A DNA stretch of 63,432 nucleotides, filler included, from Asterionella formosa (taxonomy: Eukaryota), in the NCBI GenBank assembly GCA_002256025.1. It is 29 parts of 29 records of this genome, joined end to end, with 100 filler letters (N's around TTAATTAATTAA, not from the genome) between each part and the next. Parts side by side here need not be neighbours in the genome. Positions count along the whole stretch, not along the records: positions 27,840 to 44,319 come from NKIB01004880.1; positions 44,420 to 45,444 come from NKIB01004881.1; positions 45,545 to 46,569 come from NKIB01004882.1; positions 46,670 to 47,694 come from NKIB01004883.1; positions 47,795 to 48,819 come from NKIB01004884.1; 24 more parts are not named here. One strand, written 5' to 3'. Position numbers and translations under genes: made by a program. Numbering within the stretch: the stretch's first letter is position 1; each line of letters begins with the position of its first letter. Below the pieces are notes generated by a model. The model saw nothing but the letters and a program-made list of their open reading frames with translations. It ran no database searches and was not told the DNA's origin. Of the stretch, positions 35,999 through 48,919 are shown piece by piece.

Positions 35999-36360
35999 CG
36001 GCGCTTGTTTTTATGGCATCGGATGATTTGGTGGGTGAAACTTGTTGGTTGTTGGACGAAGTGGTGCTTGCAACCTGTTGATTGACGATTTTCGTCGATT
36101 TCGGATAGCTGCATTTCATTATAGACAACTAGTCGCATTCTTGGCACGCCCTTAACGTACTTCGAGGTCAATAGCACCGTGGAAAAGCGGAGCAAAACAT
36201 AGGCTCACCATGGTGACGACAGGAGTACATTGTGTTATAAAGCTTCATTGTGATGAAACTACTGGTACATGATGTTTCTGGATCGAAACATACCAGATCT
36301 AAAAGCACGAAAAAGTACATTATTGCTTTACGATTTTCAACTTCTTTGTCTTTCAGCCAA

Positions 36361-36528
36361 TCCTGCTGTTCACATCTGTACAACAGGACTAGTCTTTTCG
36401 TCAGCCGCGCCCCCGGAAGCAACCCTAGTAGGGATTATCATACATGATTAAAAAGACAGGTAGAGAATGCAGGAATTGAACCCGTCACCATGGTGGGTGT
36501 GCTACTAACCACTAGTAAGCCCTTCCCC
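36361..36528 (-). repeat. tRNA-derived dispersed repeat (cassette type B), copy 2
   Basis: Minus strand reads GGGGAAGGGCTTACTAGTGGTTAG...GACGGGTTCAATTCCTGCATTCTCTA...TTTTT...TCCCTACTAGGGTT...GGGGGCGCGGCTGACGAAAAGAC. Matches 16154-16307. Confidence 0.75.
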
Positions 36529-38459
36529 TGTGGCAACCAGATAATCTTCAATAAATAATGATGCAATCTCAATTGGGTTCAGGTTTTCTTCTTATTTTCT
36601 GTATTATTTCGTTCTTCGAAACAAAATCAACTTTCGCCTGTGTAAGTAATACAAACACTGCATACATCTCCACTGAAACTCATATTTTTACTTCATTTCT
36701 GACCCAAAACAATATTTTCTATTTCTCATTTGACGCTACTTATTACATTGCATGTCATGATGCTGCAAACATCATGCTTAATTTTCATTGATTTTGCATG
36801 TTATAATCCTTCTCTTGTGTTTGTGTTTGAGGTTTGCTTTACCATTTCTATGCTATAGGCTTTTCTACATATACAGACTAGTAGTATAATTGTTCTTACT
36901 CTCACCAGAGAGACTTGCACAATACACATGATATGGTGAAATGTGTTCCCTTGCACATTCCACTTATGGCCAATATGGCGCCTGTATTTAGTAAATAGAT
37001 GTACACAGGATTGATCATGACTAGTACATGATGCCATGATGCATATAGCTACTAGAGTGTAGTTTGTAATACATGTTGCAATATGTACCTGAGTCTACAT
37101 TTGACTATGTCATAGCTATTGGTACATTGTGCCCTTCGATTAGAAGTAACTATGCTATGCTTAAGTCAACTACTGAGTATAGAATGGGCATATCTACAGC
37201 TCATAGACCCAGAGTCCAAGAAGCTCCTAATACTCTTGACACCTTGTTGTATGTAATGGAATCATCCCGCCCATTATGGAAAAGTCCCAGTGCTTCCCAT
37301 TAACCATGATCTAATTTAGATGGACTTATCTTAAAGCTCATAATTAACTGTTCACAATAGCAAAGAAGCACCTTTTACCTGACAACTTTAGGAAAAGCCT
37401 AGATATTAAGAAAATCGAGTGTGCACATTTGATGGAATGATTTGTGTATGGCCTTTCATTCAGCAACTCTTGCTCCTAGGAATGTGACGTGTTTAAACAA
37501 ATGAAACTGAATTGTTAAGTTCAAGACTACTAGTACAATTAAAAATTCAGCAGAGCACTTCACAGCAAATGGCACAATAGCCAGTGGATCATAATTTTAT
37601 TCACAGGGCAGTTATGTCATCTGTAATTCCGGTTCTGTCAGGTGTGCCTGGTAGGCTCCTCCACCTTGCAACAAGGCGGAAGTCAAAAACCAGTGTTGCT
37701 TTTCAGAACATTTACCGGTACATACGGTACCAGGTAGACGAATCCATATTGTATATTCTGTACGACTGGCACTGGTGCTGTACCGGTCGTACTCGCAGGG
37801 GTAAAGAAGAAAGCGATGCTACGAACAATGACTCCTGGCTGGTGGTAACACGCCGCAAGCACGAACCACGAAAGGGCAAGCAAACCAGGCGGTTGGTGTT
37901 CAGCATCGCCGTCGTACAGAATCAATGCAAATTTGACTCAAACGAACAGAAATCAAAAAGAGTGCGTGGCAGTGGGCGGGTGGTGATAGTTGCTCAGAAT
38001 AATGACGGTGCAGTCGAGGGAGTCATTCGTGAACAAGTTGAAAGTTGAGCTGGGAAATATCTTTGGCAGCACTTGCCCCTGGTATATTTCCACAGTACGT
38101 GACGTTGTACCGTAATCCTTGGATGATTGAAGGCAATGGATTTATTTGCTCATGATAAGTTATTTGCGCCATCATTCCCGTTATCTACATCTATTATCAT
38201 CATTCATGAGGGGGAAAATTGACGATTTCCACCTCGTCTTCCTCCCCTCGTTGCATCCATCTGCTGAATTTTTGATTCATTAACAGCACTAAGTGCAGAC
38301 GATATAGGGAGCAATTTTGGTTAATCGAATTTGCTTTCTAACAACTTTGGGAGGAGATGTTGATACATAAATCACTTGATCAATCGTTATAATAAACGTA
38401 AATTGTGGCGACAATAACGGAGAACTGTCAACATATTCCGTGGACCGTGGGGTAGTATA

Positions 38460-39604
38460 ATGTCCACAAAGAGGGAAAAGGGGACCAACGCTTCGTCATC
38501 AACTTCAGGCGAAGAAAAAATTGAACCGATATCTGCAGCTAGCGAAGGACAGGAGCAAAATCCGGTCGATGAACCACAGCTACAGGCAACGTCACCGGGT
38601 TCATTGGGACTGATCACTTCGCCACAAAAAATCATAGAGAATAAAGAGCTGGCTACCGAAAAGCCCCCAAAAGAACCAGATGATGTCAGCAGCAGTGATC
38701 CTTCTCTGGAGCACCCAACAATGCCGAACCTCAAACAAGGAGGAGAAATGGTCCCTCAACCGACGAGAATAACACCTGCAGCGAGCGCCGATTCTACTGA
38801 TAAGCCGCGACAAGTCATCGCAGTTAGCGCATCGAAAGGTCCAGCCGCCTTCTTTAATCTTGCACGAAAGTTTCTGGTAACTGATGAGATATGTGACCTT
38901 TCCGCCTTAGAAGGCGCCATAGTATCAGCTGTCGATGCCGCACACCTGCTTGAGCGATCCAAATTGGCGACAATAATACGGTAAGTTTGCAAGTTTGCAT
39001 GCACCGTCTACTCCTGGTCGATCCTGAGTGGTGTTTTCGACTCGACCTAGTGTGATCGGTTCATTTTCGTCAAGGTGGAGCAAATCGTCCAGCTGCTGGT
39101 AATTGTGCACAGCCTTGATCCATCCGTTTACATGGTTTTTTATCATCTTGAGCTCACGCGTTTGTCTGTTGCGATCAAAGAATCCACACGTCGTACGTGA
39201 CCGTGGAACCAAAGCGGAAGAAGCAGCACCCCTCTGCTTCCGAAGCGTCGAGTCCTTCGGATCAACTATTTTTGTCGTCACCACCGACCTATGCTGCGGC
39301 AGTTGCCGGGACAGAAGGACCTGTGCACGCTGCATCGCCTTCGGCTCCTGGATCGCGCCCCCTGTCATATCCTGGTGCATCTGGGCCTATGGCAGCTGGT
39401 CTACAGGGGCAACATAAGGGAATGAAGGGACAAGGAAGTCGAGAGCTGCGACGAGCGCGAATAGTTATAACTGTCAAGCGAACCGAAGGCTACAAGCAGT
39501 GGTTGGAAGAGAATCCGCTTCAAGCCATAATTGCTGGGGACGGCGACGATGATGTCGTTGACCCACAGCCCGATATAGAACTTTCGACGTCCATGCCACG
39601 ATGA
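38460..39604 (+). CDS. Alba-domain DNA/RNA-binding protein, 2 exons
   Basis: Exons 38460-38980 and 39181-39604 (200-bp intron, phase 2). IAVSASKGPAAFFNLARKFL...DLSALEGAIVSAVDAAHLL...IHTSYV...RARIVITVKR aligns by eye to eukaryotic Rpp20-like Alba proteins. Confidence 0.85.
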
Positions 39605-40849
39605 TGAATCTTGCCCAATCCGTCACGACGACGAATGTATGGAGCACTTTTGAGCAGCCTTCGCCATAGCTTTGCTATATAAAGCACAAATAGACGCTAG
39701 TATAAAACAGAAATAGCAAGGATGAGCGAGGCAGATCGGTGTTCGAGGCTGCCCGAAGCCGATGATAGTCGCTCGTTTTCTTCAAAAGCTAGCGGATCAA
39801 TGCAATTACTGCACCATGCTCGATTGGTCATTATGTAATGCGAAGCCTTACGGAGTGGCACAGTAGGCTTGAGCTGGATGTCGTTTCTTTTCATTTGGAA
39901 AAGAAATCGTGGCTTCTCAGGATCATCACAGTGACTTACGACATGAAGGCCAGATGCACCAATTTAACCCTGCGTCTGTCCTACTACTAATGGATGAGCT
40001 TCGTATTTGTAGTTGATTGACACTGACGACTGCAGCAACACGTGGAATTGGTTAGTGTTCTCGTGGCTGCGCACCACCATGCATGCCGGTACCGTACCGG
40101 TACCACGTGATTCGTAAATGCCGGTAATGATTGCCGTATGATACTTGCTTTGTATGTACATACGAAATGGAAAATATCAGACTATGATTCACTACATACC
40201 GGTACACAGTATGGTGCCAGGTACCAGGTACCTCGTAGTAGTACGCAATACTTTTCGGTACCGGTACAGCCTTGCTTTTCTTCCTTCTTCGTCTCCTACA
40301 TACAAAAAACGTTGGTAGGTACTCCTACCTGGTGGTACTGGTGGAGTCGCCCTCGTCTCCTGGGGTGGTTGGTTGAAAATAGGCAGTTGCGCCGATTTGC
40401 AGCGGGTTCGTCTGATGAGGAAGTTGTGGTAAAGAAAAGCGGTTCTTGCTTCAAGGGGAACACAGCTAAACTTCTCACATACTACAAAAACTTAGCTATC
40501 TCCGGTACTGGTACCAGGTACCCGGTACGACCCGCATCTTATCTGGTCCTGGAATGTCAAACGTTGTCACTCATCGGCGTTGCTTCGCGGATTCTTTGTT
40601 TCGTATCCATACCGGTCTATCATTTGAGATGAAATTCGCCGTGCCGCCATAAACCTGTACAGTCCCGGTACCTGGTACCAGTACTGTACTTCAAATGAAA
40701 TACCTGTATGTATCATAGTACAACACAACATCAAGCATACATCAAATGTAGTAGAAGGGTGAGCAAATGTCATACCGGTATGTATGCAGCGAAGGAAGAA
40801 CAATTCAATGGGGGAAGGTTTATAACAATCTTTCACAAATAACACCAGT

Positions 40850-41849
40850 ATGACATCCCATCTGCCTCCAACATCGCAGCAATGGTCACATTCAGCAATA
40901 ACAATTGATAAGGTGAGGGAGGCTCTAGACGCCACAGAAATAACAGCCATTGAGGCGGATATCTTACTTGGGAAAACATCAGATTGCAAGGATCAAGAAG
41001 GGGTGGAAAAAACACAAGGCCGCCTAGTGCCAATCATGTCGCATCCTCCGGAATATACGAGTGAGCTATGCACGCAAAAGTTTCTGGAGATGACAACTTT
41101 CGATCCAGCTTCCCCAAATCGACGCCGATTGCGAAAGCATCTGAAGCTCGATTTCAAGGACTTGGAATCAGTCATGCCAACGTTAAAGATGTTGCAAGAT
41201 TTAAATGCAGAATCAAACGGAAAGGTTATATTCTTGAATGCAGACATCATTGCAGGACCCGGAAGGAACAGCGACGATGTTGTAGTCTCAGCCAGCGCGT
41301 TTCTGGAGACGTGCCTAGGTTTCGTTGTCAGTCAGAAGGAAGCCAACTTTGCTTTTTCACTGGGATTTAAGGTTGATGTGGTTTCAATATTTGGGCATTC
41401 TCATGAAGAGCTTGAGGCGATGTCAGCTTTGGTTGACAAATATAATTTGTTACAAAAGTCGGCCGGCATAGTCTTGGCCATCAACGCAAGACTTCTTTCG
41501 AAGCACTTTCTCCCGTTTGATAATTTTCTGAATCGATATCCTACTGCTCAGCTGTTGGTTTGGACAGGATCGGGCGAGCCTCCGATATCAAATAGAAAGG
41601 CAGCCAAAATACGATCACATTTTGAGCAACAAGGTACTTTAAAACGAGTCGGCTTTGATTGTCAAGTGAGTGTGTTTATTGATGTTACCTCTTATTCATA
41701 TCAAGCTATTTGTCTTACTCCTGTAACTTCAGTTTTGCAGTCTATATATGGGCTTAATTTATGATACTGTCATGTTTTTGATGGGATTCTATAAGTTTGG
41801 GCACTGGGCACTAATTCGAATTGCTTCGATAAAACCGAAATGGGAGTAG
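40850..41849 (+). CDS. FAM151/menorin-like (DUF2181) PLC-type phosphodiesterase-fold protein
   Basis: WSHS, AIEADI, PIMSHPP, KLDFKD, FLNADIIAGPG. Probable intron 41666-41732 and last exon ending at TAG 41849; the 3' end is uncertain. Confidence 0.8.
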
Positions 41850-42789
41850 AGAATTGACGATTGCAGGTCAAATCAGACAGGATAGTACAATTGATTTCTG
41901 GTTAACATTCAATTATAGGAGACCAATGAACAATTTTTTTGCATAATGCTGAAACATTTCATTCGTAGACCCCGATGGAACTGCTGATTAGAATTAGAGG
42001 TATTATTATTTTTCACTGCTGTTGCGTACTTGTAGTCTACGTAGACTACTCCTATCTCCCCAATGTATACACACAAAACAGACTATTTAGAGGGAAACAG
42101 GATAATGGCCATTTTTGCATCGCCCATTTTCGTTGATCAAAAAATTATCCCCATTGTCTTCTCCATAGTTTCACACTTACAAATGTTCAAAAGAAGGGTG
42201 TTGTTCTTCGTTAAATCGCTTTCTATGATCATTTGATTTTCCAATTATCGGTGCACTTGTGAGCCAGAAAATTAGCACAAGTCACATACATACTACTTTC
42301 TAGAGTGACATAGCTATTTATACATGTTTATACCCCCACATTATTTTTTGTAGGCTCTACAAGATTCTATCGTGCTGGAATTCCGACAAGCCAACCACAT
42401 CATGTTTTTTATTTGTGCATTATGATGACAAAAATTTATCCGCCTCAGGCTGAAGAAAATGATTTTTCTGGAATCCTTCTAGTCAAATAACAAGGAGGCG
42501 ACTGCCAGAGCCTACTATTTTTCTGTTTTACCTGAGCTGATTAGTTGAGGATGTAGTACCATGTTTGCTTCCCTAATTCTTGAAGCAGCGGTCAACAGTG
42601 ATGAGGATGATGATAACATTCAACCAATTCATCAGCTATCACAGATTTTGAGCAAAAAACACCTCACAAAGATAATGTAGGAAAAGTGTCAGTGAATTCG
42701 AAATGTTATGGGCAACTTTTTATGGCTTGAGGCAGCAAGATCAATGCTGCATCATTTGTATGCTCTCTATTGAGCTCAAAAGGGTGGCT

Positions 42790-43263
42790 GGGAATGAAAA
42801 TGAGTCTCTTGCTGCAACCCTTTCAAAGGGGGTTAATTGATGGATGATAAAGAAGGATATTGTTCTTCAGAGAGTCACACATGTTTCTCAGAACAAACAA
42901 GACTCAAACATGATGTCAGAGTGCTTGAATTTGTAACATAGCTATCACACCAATCAACAAATTCAGATCTTCGGTGTATATCCTAGGTGCATTGTCAATA
43001 TTGATGAGACAAACATCGATTTTGACTTGTATTCATCGTTTACATTGCAGAAATGTGGAGCCAGGACAATTGGAATGAAGACTTCAGGTATTTCAGGTCA
43101 GTTCACTGTGCCCTTAGGTGTAACTATTCATAGTGGCGAAAATGTACCTCCATTCATTGTGTTCAAGGCAACCAGTGATGGTCATAAAAGCAGGCAGATA
43201 GCCATCAATCCACAAATCCGGTGTCAATTAAATACTCTTGCCACCAGGCCAAGGCTTGAGTAG
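42790..43263 (+). pseudogene. Decayed pogo/Tc1-mariner (DDE_1) transposase
   Basis: IVLQRVTHVSQN, IVNIDETNIDFD, GARTIGMKTSG...FTV.LGVT..GENVPPFIVFK, with stops and frameshifts. Confidence 0.82.
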
Positions 43264-43904
43264 ACCAAGCTTTCTTTTTAAATGTGATTTTGAGCAGGTG
43301 GTGCGTTTGGAAGTGCTGTACAATTATCAGGATTGAAGTAGGTGCTTGTGTTGTTGTTGTGAATTGGTAATTATGCGCGTAGTAAGCTCATGGTTAATGG
43401 GAATCACTGGGACTCACAAAGGCCATAATGGGAAGATTGCAGAGTAGGTGTCAAGCTTTCTAGTTCTGTGAGCTGTCGGTGTAATCTACTTATTGCTAGG
43501 ATCTAGCATAGCATCAATACCTCTACTACTCTAAATATGTACCAATAGTTGTGACATAGTCATTAAGTCTTGGGTATATTATGATGCAATATGTACTACG
43601 AGCTACACGCTAGTAGTAGCTATGTGTATGGTATCATGTGCAGATCATGATTAGTCCCATGTACATGTACTATCTATATGTTCTACATCTGCCTCTGCAA
43701 ATATTAAACATCTTATTCGTGTGATGAATCTTATAATGACGATCATATGATCATATAATTTCAATATATCATCTAATATGTATAATAATTATCGTAATAA
43801 AGAATATTGTTAAGTATAAAGAAATACATACATGCTGTATTTTACCATCACACCACTACCGTACATCAATCAGCAGTCGCTAAATCAATTGAAATTCATT
43901 AGGC

Positions 43905-44099
43905 GATGGAGCATACGGAATACAATAGCACACGCTCGTACAATCAGCCAAGGTGACATTGGTATCTAAATGTGATGGATGGTGCGCAATATCACGTTCT
44001 TGTACAAACAAGGTGACCTTGACATTCATAGGTGATGGAGGGTACGCTAGAATAAGTTGTTGTCATACAAACAAGGTGACGTTGGTATCTATAGGTGAT
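43905..44099 (+). repeat. Diverged tandem repeat of about 60 bp (about 3 units), interrupted by the transposon end at 44100
   Basis: Core CAAGGTGAC.TTG..AT..ATAGGTGATGGA at about 43949, 44009 and 44072. Confidence 0.75.
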
Positions 44100-44319
44100 C
44101 ATCTAAGACGCGAAATACGCCACTTTTCGAAATTTCGTCTACGTATGAGTGTTAATTATGTGGTACTTCACATGCATTAATGCCACTCTTCACGTAAAAA
44201 AGATTACTTTTAACGGTTTCATGTGAAGTTTTAACTGTTTCATGTGAAGTTTTCACAATGAATTTTGAACGCGAGACTGAATTAGTTGATGTTTCAAATA
44301 ATTCATTTGACTTTTCGAA
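44100..44319 (+). mobile_element. Terminus (end type B) of the unclassified TIR DNA transposon, inverted relative to 27840-28056
   Basis: Starts CATCTAAGACGCGAAATAC. 217 bp identical to the reverse complement of 27840-28056. Confidence 0.85.
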
Positions 44320-44684
44320 NNNNNNNNNNNNNNNNNNNNNNNNNNNNNNNNNNNNNNNNNNNNTTAATTAATTAANNNNNNNNNNNNNNNNNNNNNNNNN
44401 NNNNNNNNNNNNNNNNNNNATATACAAATTTATGAATATATATCTTGTTGGAGAGGCCACGAGAGAGTCGATAAGCCGTTGTCAAGACGTTGCAAAACCC
44501 ACTTAATATTTGTGGTTGAACGTGAGTTATTATCTACTCCGTTGCAATGGAGTCATATTCAATTATGTACCATCAAATTTCCCGAAATACAGAAGCTCAC
44601 TTTTTTCACAAAGGTATATTACATTGATCTCATAATTTCAATTCACACAAAAACAATATTACTGGACGAGGAACGATACTACCA

Positions 44685-45444
44685 ATGCACTCATATCTCG
44701 TCGGGGTATCCCTGTTGCTGACGATTGATGGCACTATTGTCACAGCGTTGCCTAATGATGATGTACGTAATAATAATGCTGGTAATTGCATTGGTGTTAA
44801 GTCATGCCGGCCTCGTTGTGTCACCTTACGATTGGATCGAAATGAAGACTGCAATGCTGTTGGCGGGATTTTTGAGTTACAGTCTCAACTCAACCCATGG
44901 GACATTAAGCGCTTTCGTACACTCAACTGTCAGGCCACTCAGACCTGTATCAACAACAAATGCAATCAAAAATTGTCAGGAGACTTGAACATTTCTATTG
45001 GAGAGCAAGGATATAGTGGAGGGTACTTTTATACAAATGTGCAATTGCTGGCGGATGAAGATACTTTTACTTTTTGTTCCATCTACCCATGTCCTAAAGA
45101 CGAATGTGCACTACCAGAACAAATGGTAAGTCTCGCTCTTTTGTATGGATATGATGATGACTACAGTTGATGATATGATTTGCCTTTGCTAAATTCATGT
45201 TGCAAATCTTACAGGGATTTGAGATTCAATTTTCGTTTTTCGAAGGCCAAGTGGGTCTCAATGCAATTGCTATTGATCCGATACTGGTTCTTGAATTTTA
45301 CCTCAAAGCTTCATTTGTGGGCCAAGTTCTTCAAAAAAATTCTACCAACCATTACGGGCCCCTTCACGTCGAATGGATGGACGATCCAACTCATTGCCGA
45401 GAAAATGAGTTTTCTGAGTATGCTCCTGCAGCCCCAATCCAAGA
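44685..45444 (+). CDS. Cys-rich putative secreted protein, partial (2 exons)
   Basis: Hydrophobic N-terminus and many Cys. Intron 45126-45214 (GTAAGT...TTACAG, phase 0) joins EQM to GFEIQF. Runs off the contig. Confidence 0.65.
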
Positions 45445-45546
45445 NNNNNNNNNNNNNNNNNNNNNNNNNNNNNNNNNNNNNNNNNNNNTTAATTAATTAA
45501 NNNNNNNNNNNNNNNNNNNNNNNNNNNNNNNNNNNNNNNNNNNNCT

Positions 45547-45774
45547 TTTCCTAATGCCATTCATGACAGAGGAAATTATCAATTATTACCATTGCACTTT
45601 GCATGTGCCAACAAGGCACCATTAGATGTCGTAGTTTTCTTGGTGACAACCTTTCCTGATTCCATCCATGACAAGGACCAGTATGGACAAACTCCATTGA
45701 GTTTTGCACGTGGTTGGGGAGCACCCCTCGAGGTTGTCAAATTCTTGGAGGAATCTTGTCATGATATTTGTTGA
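45547..45774 (+). CDS. Ankyrin-repeat protein, 3' fragment
   Basis: LPLHFACANKAPLDVVVFLV..FPDSI..KDQYGQTPL..A. Confidence 0.85.
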   Translation, partial: FPNAIHDRGNYQLLPLHFACANKAPLDVVVFLVTTFPDSIHDKDQYGQTPLSFARGWGAPLEVVKFLEESCHDIC

Positions 45775-46669
45775 ATCTCAGAAAAAGTTATTCCCTTGTG
45801 TGAGGATTTTTGTGCTGCCGCAAACCACTTAACGAGGGGACGAAGAAAGCAAACAGGGAGCCAGTGGAACAAAGGATGGTTGTTCTGATTCAGTAAAAAA
45901 AATTCAGATATTTCTGCCAGTACAATATAATTTGTTTATACAGTTTTTATGAAATCATTGCCAAGAATATGAGCCTTTGTTTTACGTTTCTCAGCGTGCG
46001 TTATTCCTCCTATGCACACCTTTTTGCACACCGCCGTTTTGGGGAAGGAATCATCGCAGGTATATTGCTTGTGACTGCCATTGGTTGCAGGTTTCCCACT
46101 TGCACAGTCATGTTTTGTCTGCAAGTACTTGTTGCAGGCATGGTTTTGTTTTTTCTGAGTTGTGTCCAGACCAAACATGGCGTTCAGCATCAAAAGATGG
46201 ATAGTATTATATCCATACCAATGAAATCCATTATATCGATACAAAATGGATATTTCGTCAAGTGATTCTCTCCACTACAAAGAGCGAGAGTCCTGCCCAG
46301 GCATGATGTTAAGTTGATTTTCTTGTAAATATTATAGTATTTTAATAAGCTGATTAATGGTATACATTTTTCATAGTATTCGAACAAGAATAGGTATCAT
46401 ACTCGCTCATGCTACTTCCTGGAATGGGCACTTGGTCGTCGTTCGCATTCAACTACTAGACAACCTCGGTGCATCAATAAATGCCCTTTTTTCTCATCAA
46501 ATTCACTACCACCATCATGTATCAAATCTGAAGAAACTGAAAGCTTTTTCGTAGACACCATGGTCTTATNNNNNNNNNNNNNNNNNNNNNNNNNNNNNNN
46601 NNNNNNNNNNNNNTTAATTAATTAANNNNNNNNNNNNNNNNNNNNNNNNNNNNNNNNNNNNNNNNNNNN

Positions 46670-47145
46670 AGGGCGATATAAGGTTCGCTCCCTGTCTCTT
46701 GCAATCATCAAACCGCACTTTTTGGAGCCCATTCATTCAGCAACAATTCTTGGGGGGAACGACGGGCATGATAGGATCAGAAGAAGGTAAAGTATCATCA
46801 AAAGGAGGATGTAAAATGGGATCAGAAAGAGTTGAAGTAGGATCAGAGGAAGGTAAAGTAGGAATAGAAGGAACCTCTTTTGGATCAATCTTGCAGATAT
46901 GCCGCATTGTCTTTGGAATGCTTCTTCGTTTTTCTGATTGACCTCCAAGCGCTTGAAATGAATGTTGAGCTCCTTCTCTAGCAGCCGTCGTGAGGAGGCA
47001 ACGTTCCGGTTATTAATTTTATCATGATCCTACTCCTGCTCCAATTGAAGTTTGAGCCTCTCCACCGCCTTGACAATTAAGGAGGCTTCCTCCTGCTCAG
47101 CATCATTTAGTTTCTGGCATTTCGTCGCTCCTTGGTCTTTCCAAC
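46670..47145 (-). pseudogene. Decayed coding remnant, unidentified
   Basis: Minus-strand helical and Pro/Ser-rich stretches (EQEEASLIVKAVERLKLQLEQE*...; IDPKEVPSIPTLPSSDP...) with stops and a frameshift. Confidence 0.35.
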
Positions 47146-48074
47146 TGTAGCGAGTATTTTTATGTGTCCAATGGATGATACGAAATGATACGTGTGTCTT
47201 GGCTGAGAACTACAATACAATAGAAAGTATTCCATGAGATCAGTCAGGATATGTACCAACATCAGGTTCGATGACCACAATCACGATCACGAACGTTTGC
47301 TTGAACCACCATTGGGACAGTATGGCGTTGCTTGAGGTGGTTGGGAAGAAGGAGAAAGGCGACAGGCCGATGTGAAGGCCTTTGATTCCAACAAGAGCAA
47401 TCACGACAATGGTAATTTTGAGTGTTTATGATTTCCATTGTAACAATTACAAACAATATACCCCCGAGACTATCATTTTTTCATCGAAATTATAGATCAA
47501 ATCATGACATCAGGTTATTTGACATGTACCGTATTTTAGTCTTTAATCTTCAGGACCATAAGGAGGCAATGAAATTTCCTGAATACCGAAATACAACGAT
47601 TTTGCCTTAATAGCTTCTCAATCTTCAATCGTCGTATTTCAGGTCCATAAGCTTCGGCCTAGTTAACTAACAGATGCTATAACTTGAAAACGAANNNNNN
47701 NNNNNNNNNNNNNNNNNNNNNNNNNNNNNNNNNNNNNNTTAATTAATTAANNNNNNNNNNNNNNNNNNNNNNNNNNNNNNNNNNNNNNNNNNNNTACTGA
47801 GCAGTAAGGGAGCGAGGCAGAGTATGCAATGCCTTCGACAGGCACTGCTAGCACATGCGCATTTTGTATTGTGCCCAGAGGGACGAAAGAATCACAACAC
47901 ATTTGTTGTCGTTTATGTTAAGAGGAAGAAAACGCTGTTGCAAGGATGAATTATACAGTATGGTTTGTAAAGGAAAGTAGATAACATTTTATTTTGGATT
48001 TTGAAAAAGTTTTTCTTTGGTTGATAGGGGAAAAGGATTCGTTTTTATTACTACTGATGGAGCTGGTTAAGTCA

Positions 48075-48234
48075 TGGCTACCATGTTATGTCCTTCAGCT
48101 AGTTGGGCAGAACATTGTACAACACCGAGGACCATTCAGTTGATTAGGTTTGCTGGCTACCATGTTATATCCTTCAGCTAGTTGGGCAGAACATTGTACA
48201 ACATCGAGGACCATTCAGTTGATTAGGTTTGCTG
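48075..48234 (+). repeat. 79-bp tandem duplication
   Basis: Units start at 48075 and 48154; 2 mismatches. Confidence 0.92.
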
Positions 48235-48373
48235 TAACAAAATGACTATATTTGAGGCTCGTGGCTCACATTTGTGGAGTTTCGTTCGGTTTTGAGTCGA
48301 AGTTTGGTTCATTTTCCTATTATTTTAGAATACCGGTATACCATCCCGATAGGAGTACCGGTACCACTTAAAA

Positions 48374-48581
48374 ACTGAAAGCCACCGCTATTTTACTCTA
48401 TCTTTCGACTAAAAATATTTATGTAATTCAACGATCAAAACTTGACGCAAGTACAAAGCTTATGTTAGACAATGCTCTCTGCTATACTATTAAGGAATCA
48501 GTTTTGATTCAGTGTATCTAGCCATGAAGAAATAATTTTTCCAAAGTCACTAAGATTATTGCATAGCGGTGGCTTACAGTG
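48374..48581. mobile_element. MITE-like element with 18-bp terminal inverted repeats (one end reads CACTG)
   Basis: ACTGAAAGCCACCGCTAT (48374) versus ATAGCGGTGGCTTACAGT(G) (48563-48581), 1 mismatch. AT-rich interior; no clear TSD. Confidence 0.6.
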
Positions 48582-48919
48582 CATATTTTTCTATCTGTAC
48601 ATGGATATATTTTACCCCCAAACCGTGTTTATTTTTACTCCGTTAATACTACAAAAATTATTTTCTTATTACTTTACGTTTTACACTTTTGGAGGGGCAG
48701 CATCATCGTTGGAGAATTCTTCTGATGCATTACATTAATCTCGAGCTTCTTTGCATCTAATTACTTGCTTGCGGAGTCTCAAACTTCATCACGGAATGGT
48801 GGATCGGCAGTAGCAGTTGNNNNNNNNNNNNNNNNNNNNNNNNNNNNNNNNNNNNNNNNNNNNTTAATTAATTAANNNNNNNNNNNNNNNNNNNNNNNNN
48901 NNNNNNNNNNNNNNNNNNN

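Noticed and set aside
35869..36195. Q/N/K-rich 108-aa ORF
   Set aside because: It is a translation of the 7-bp microsatellite.
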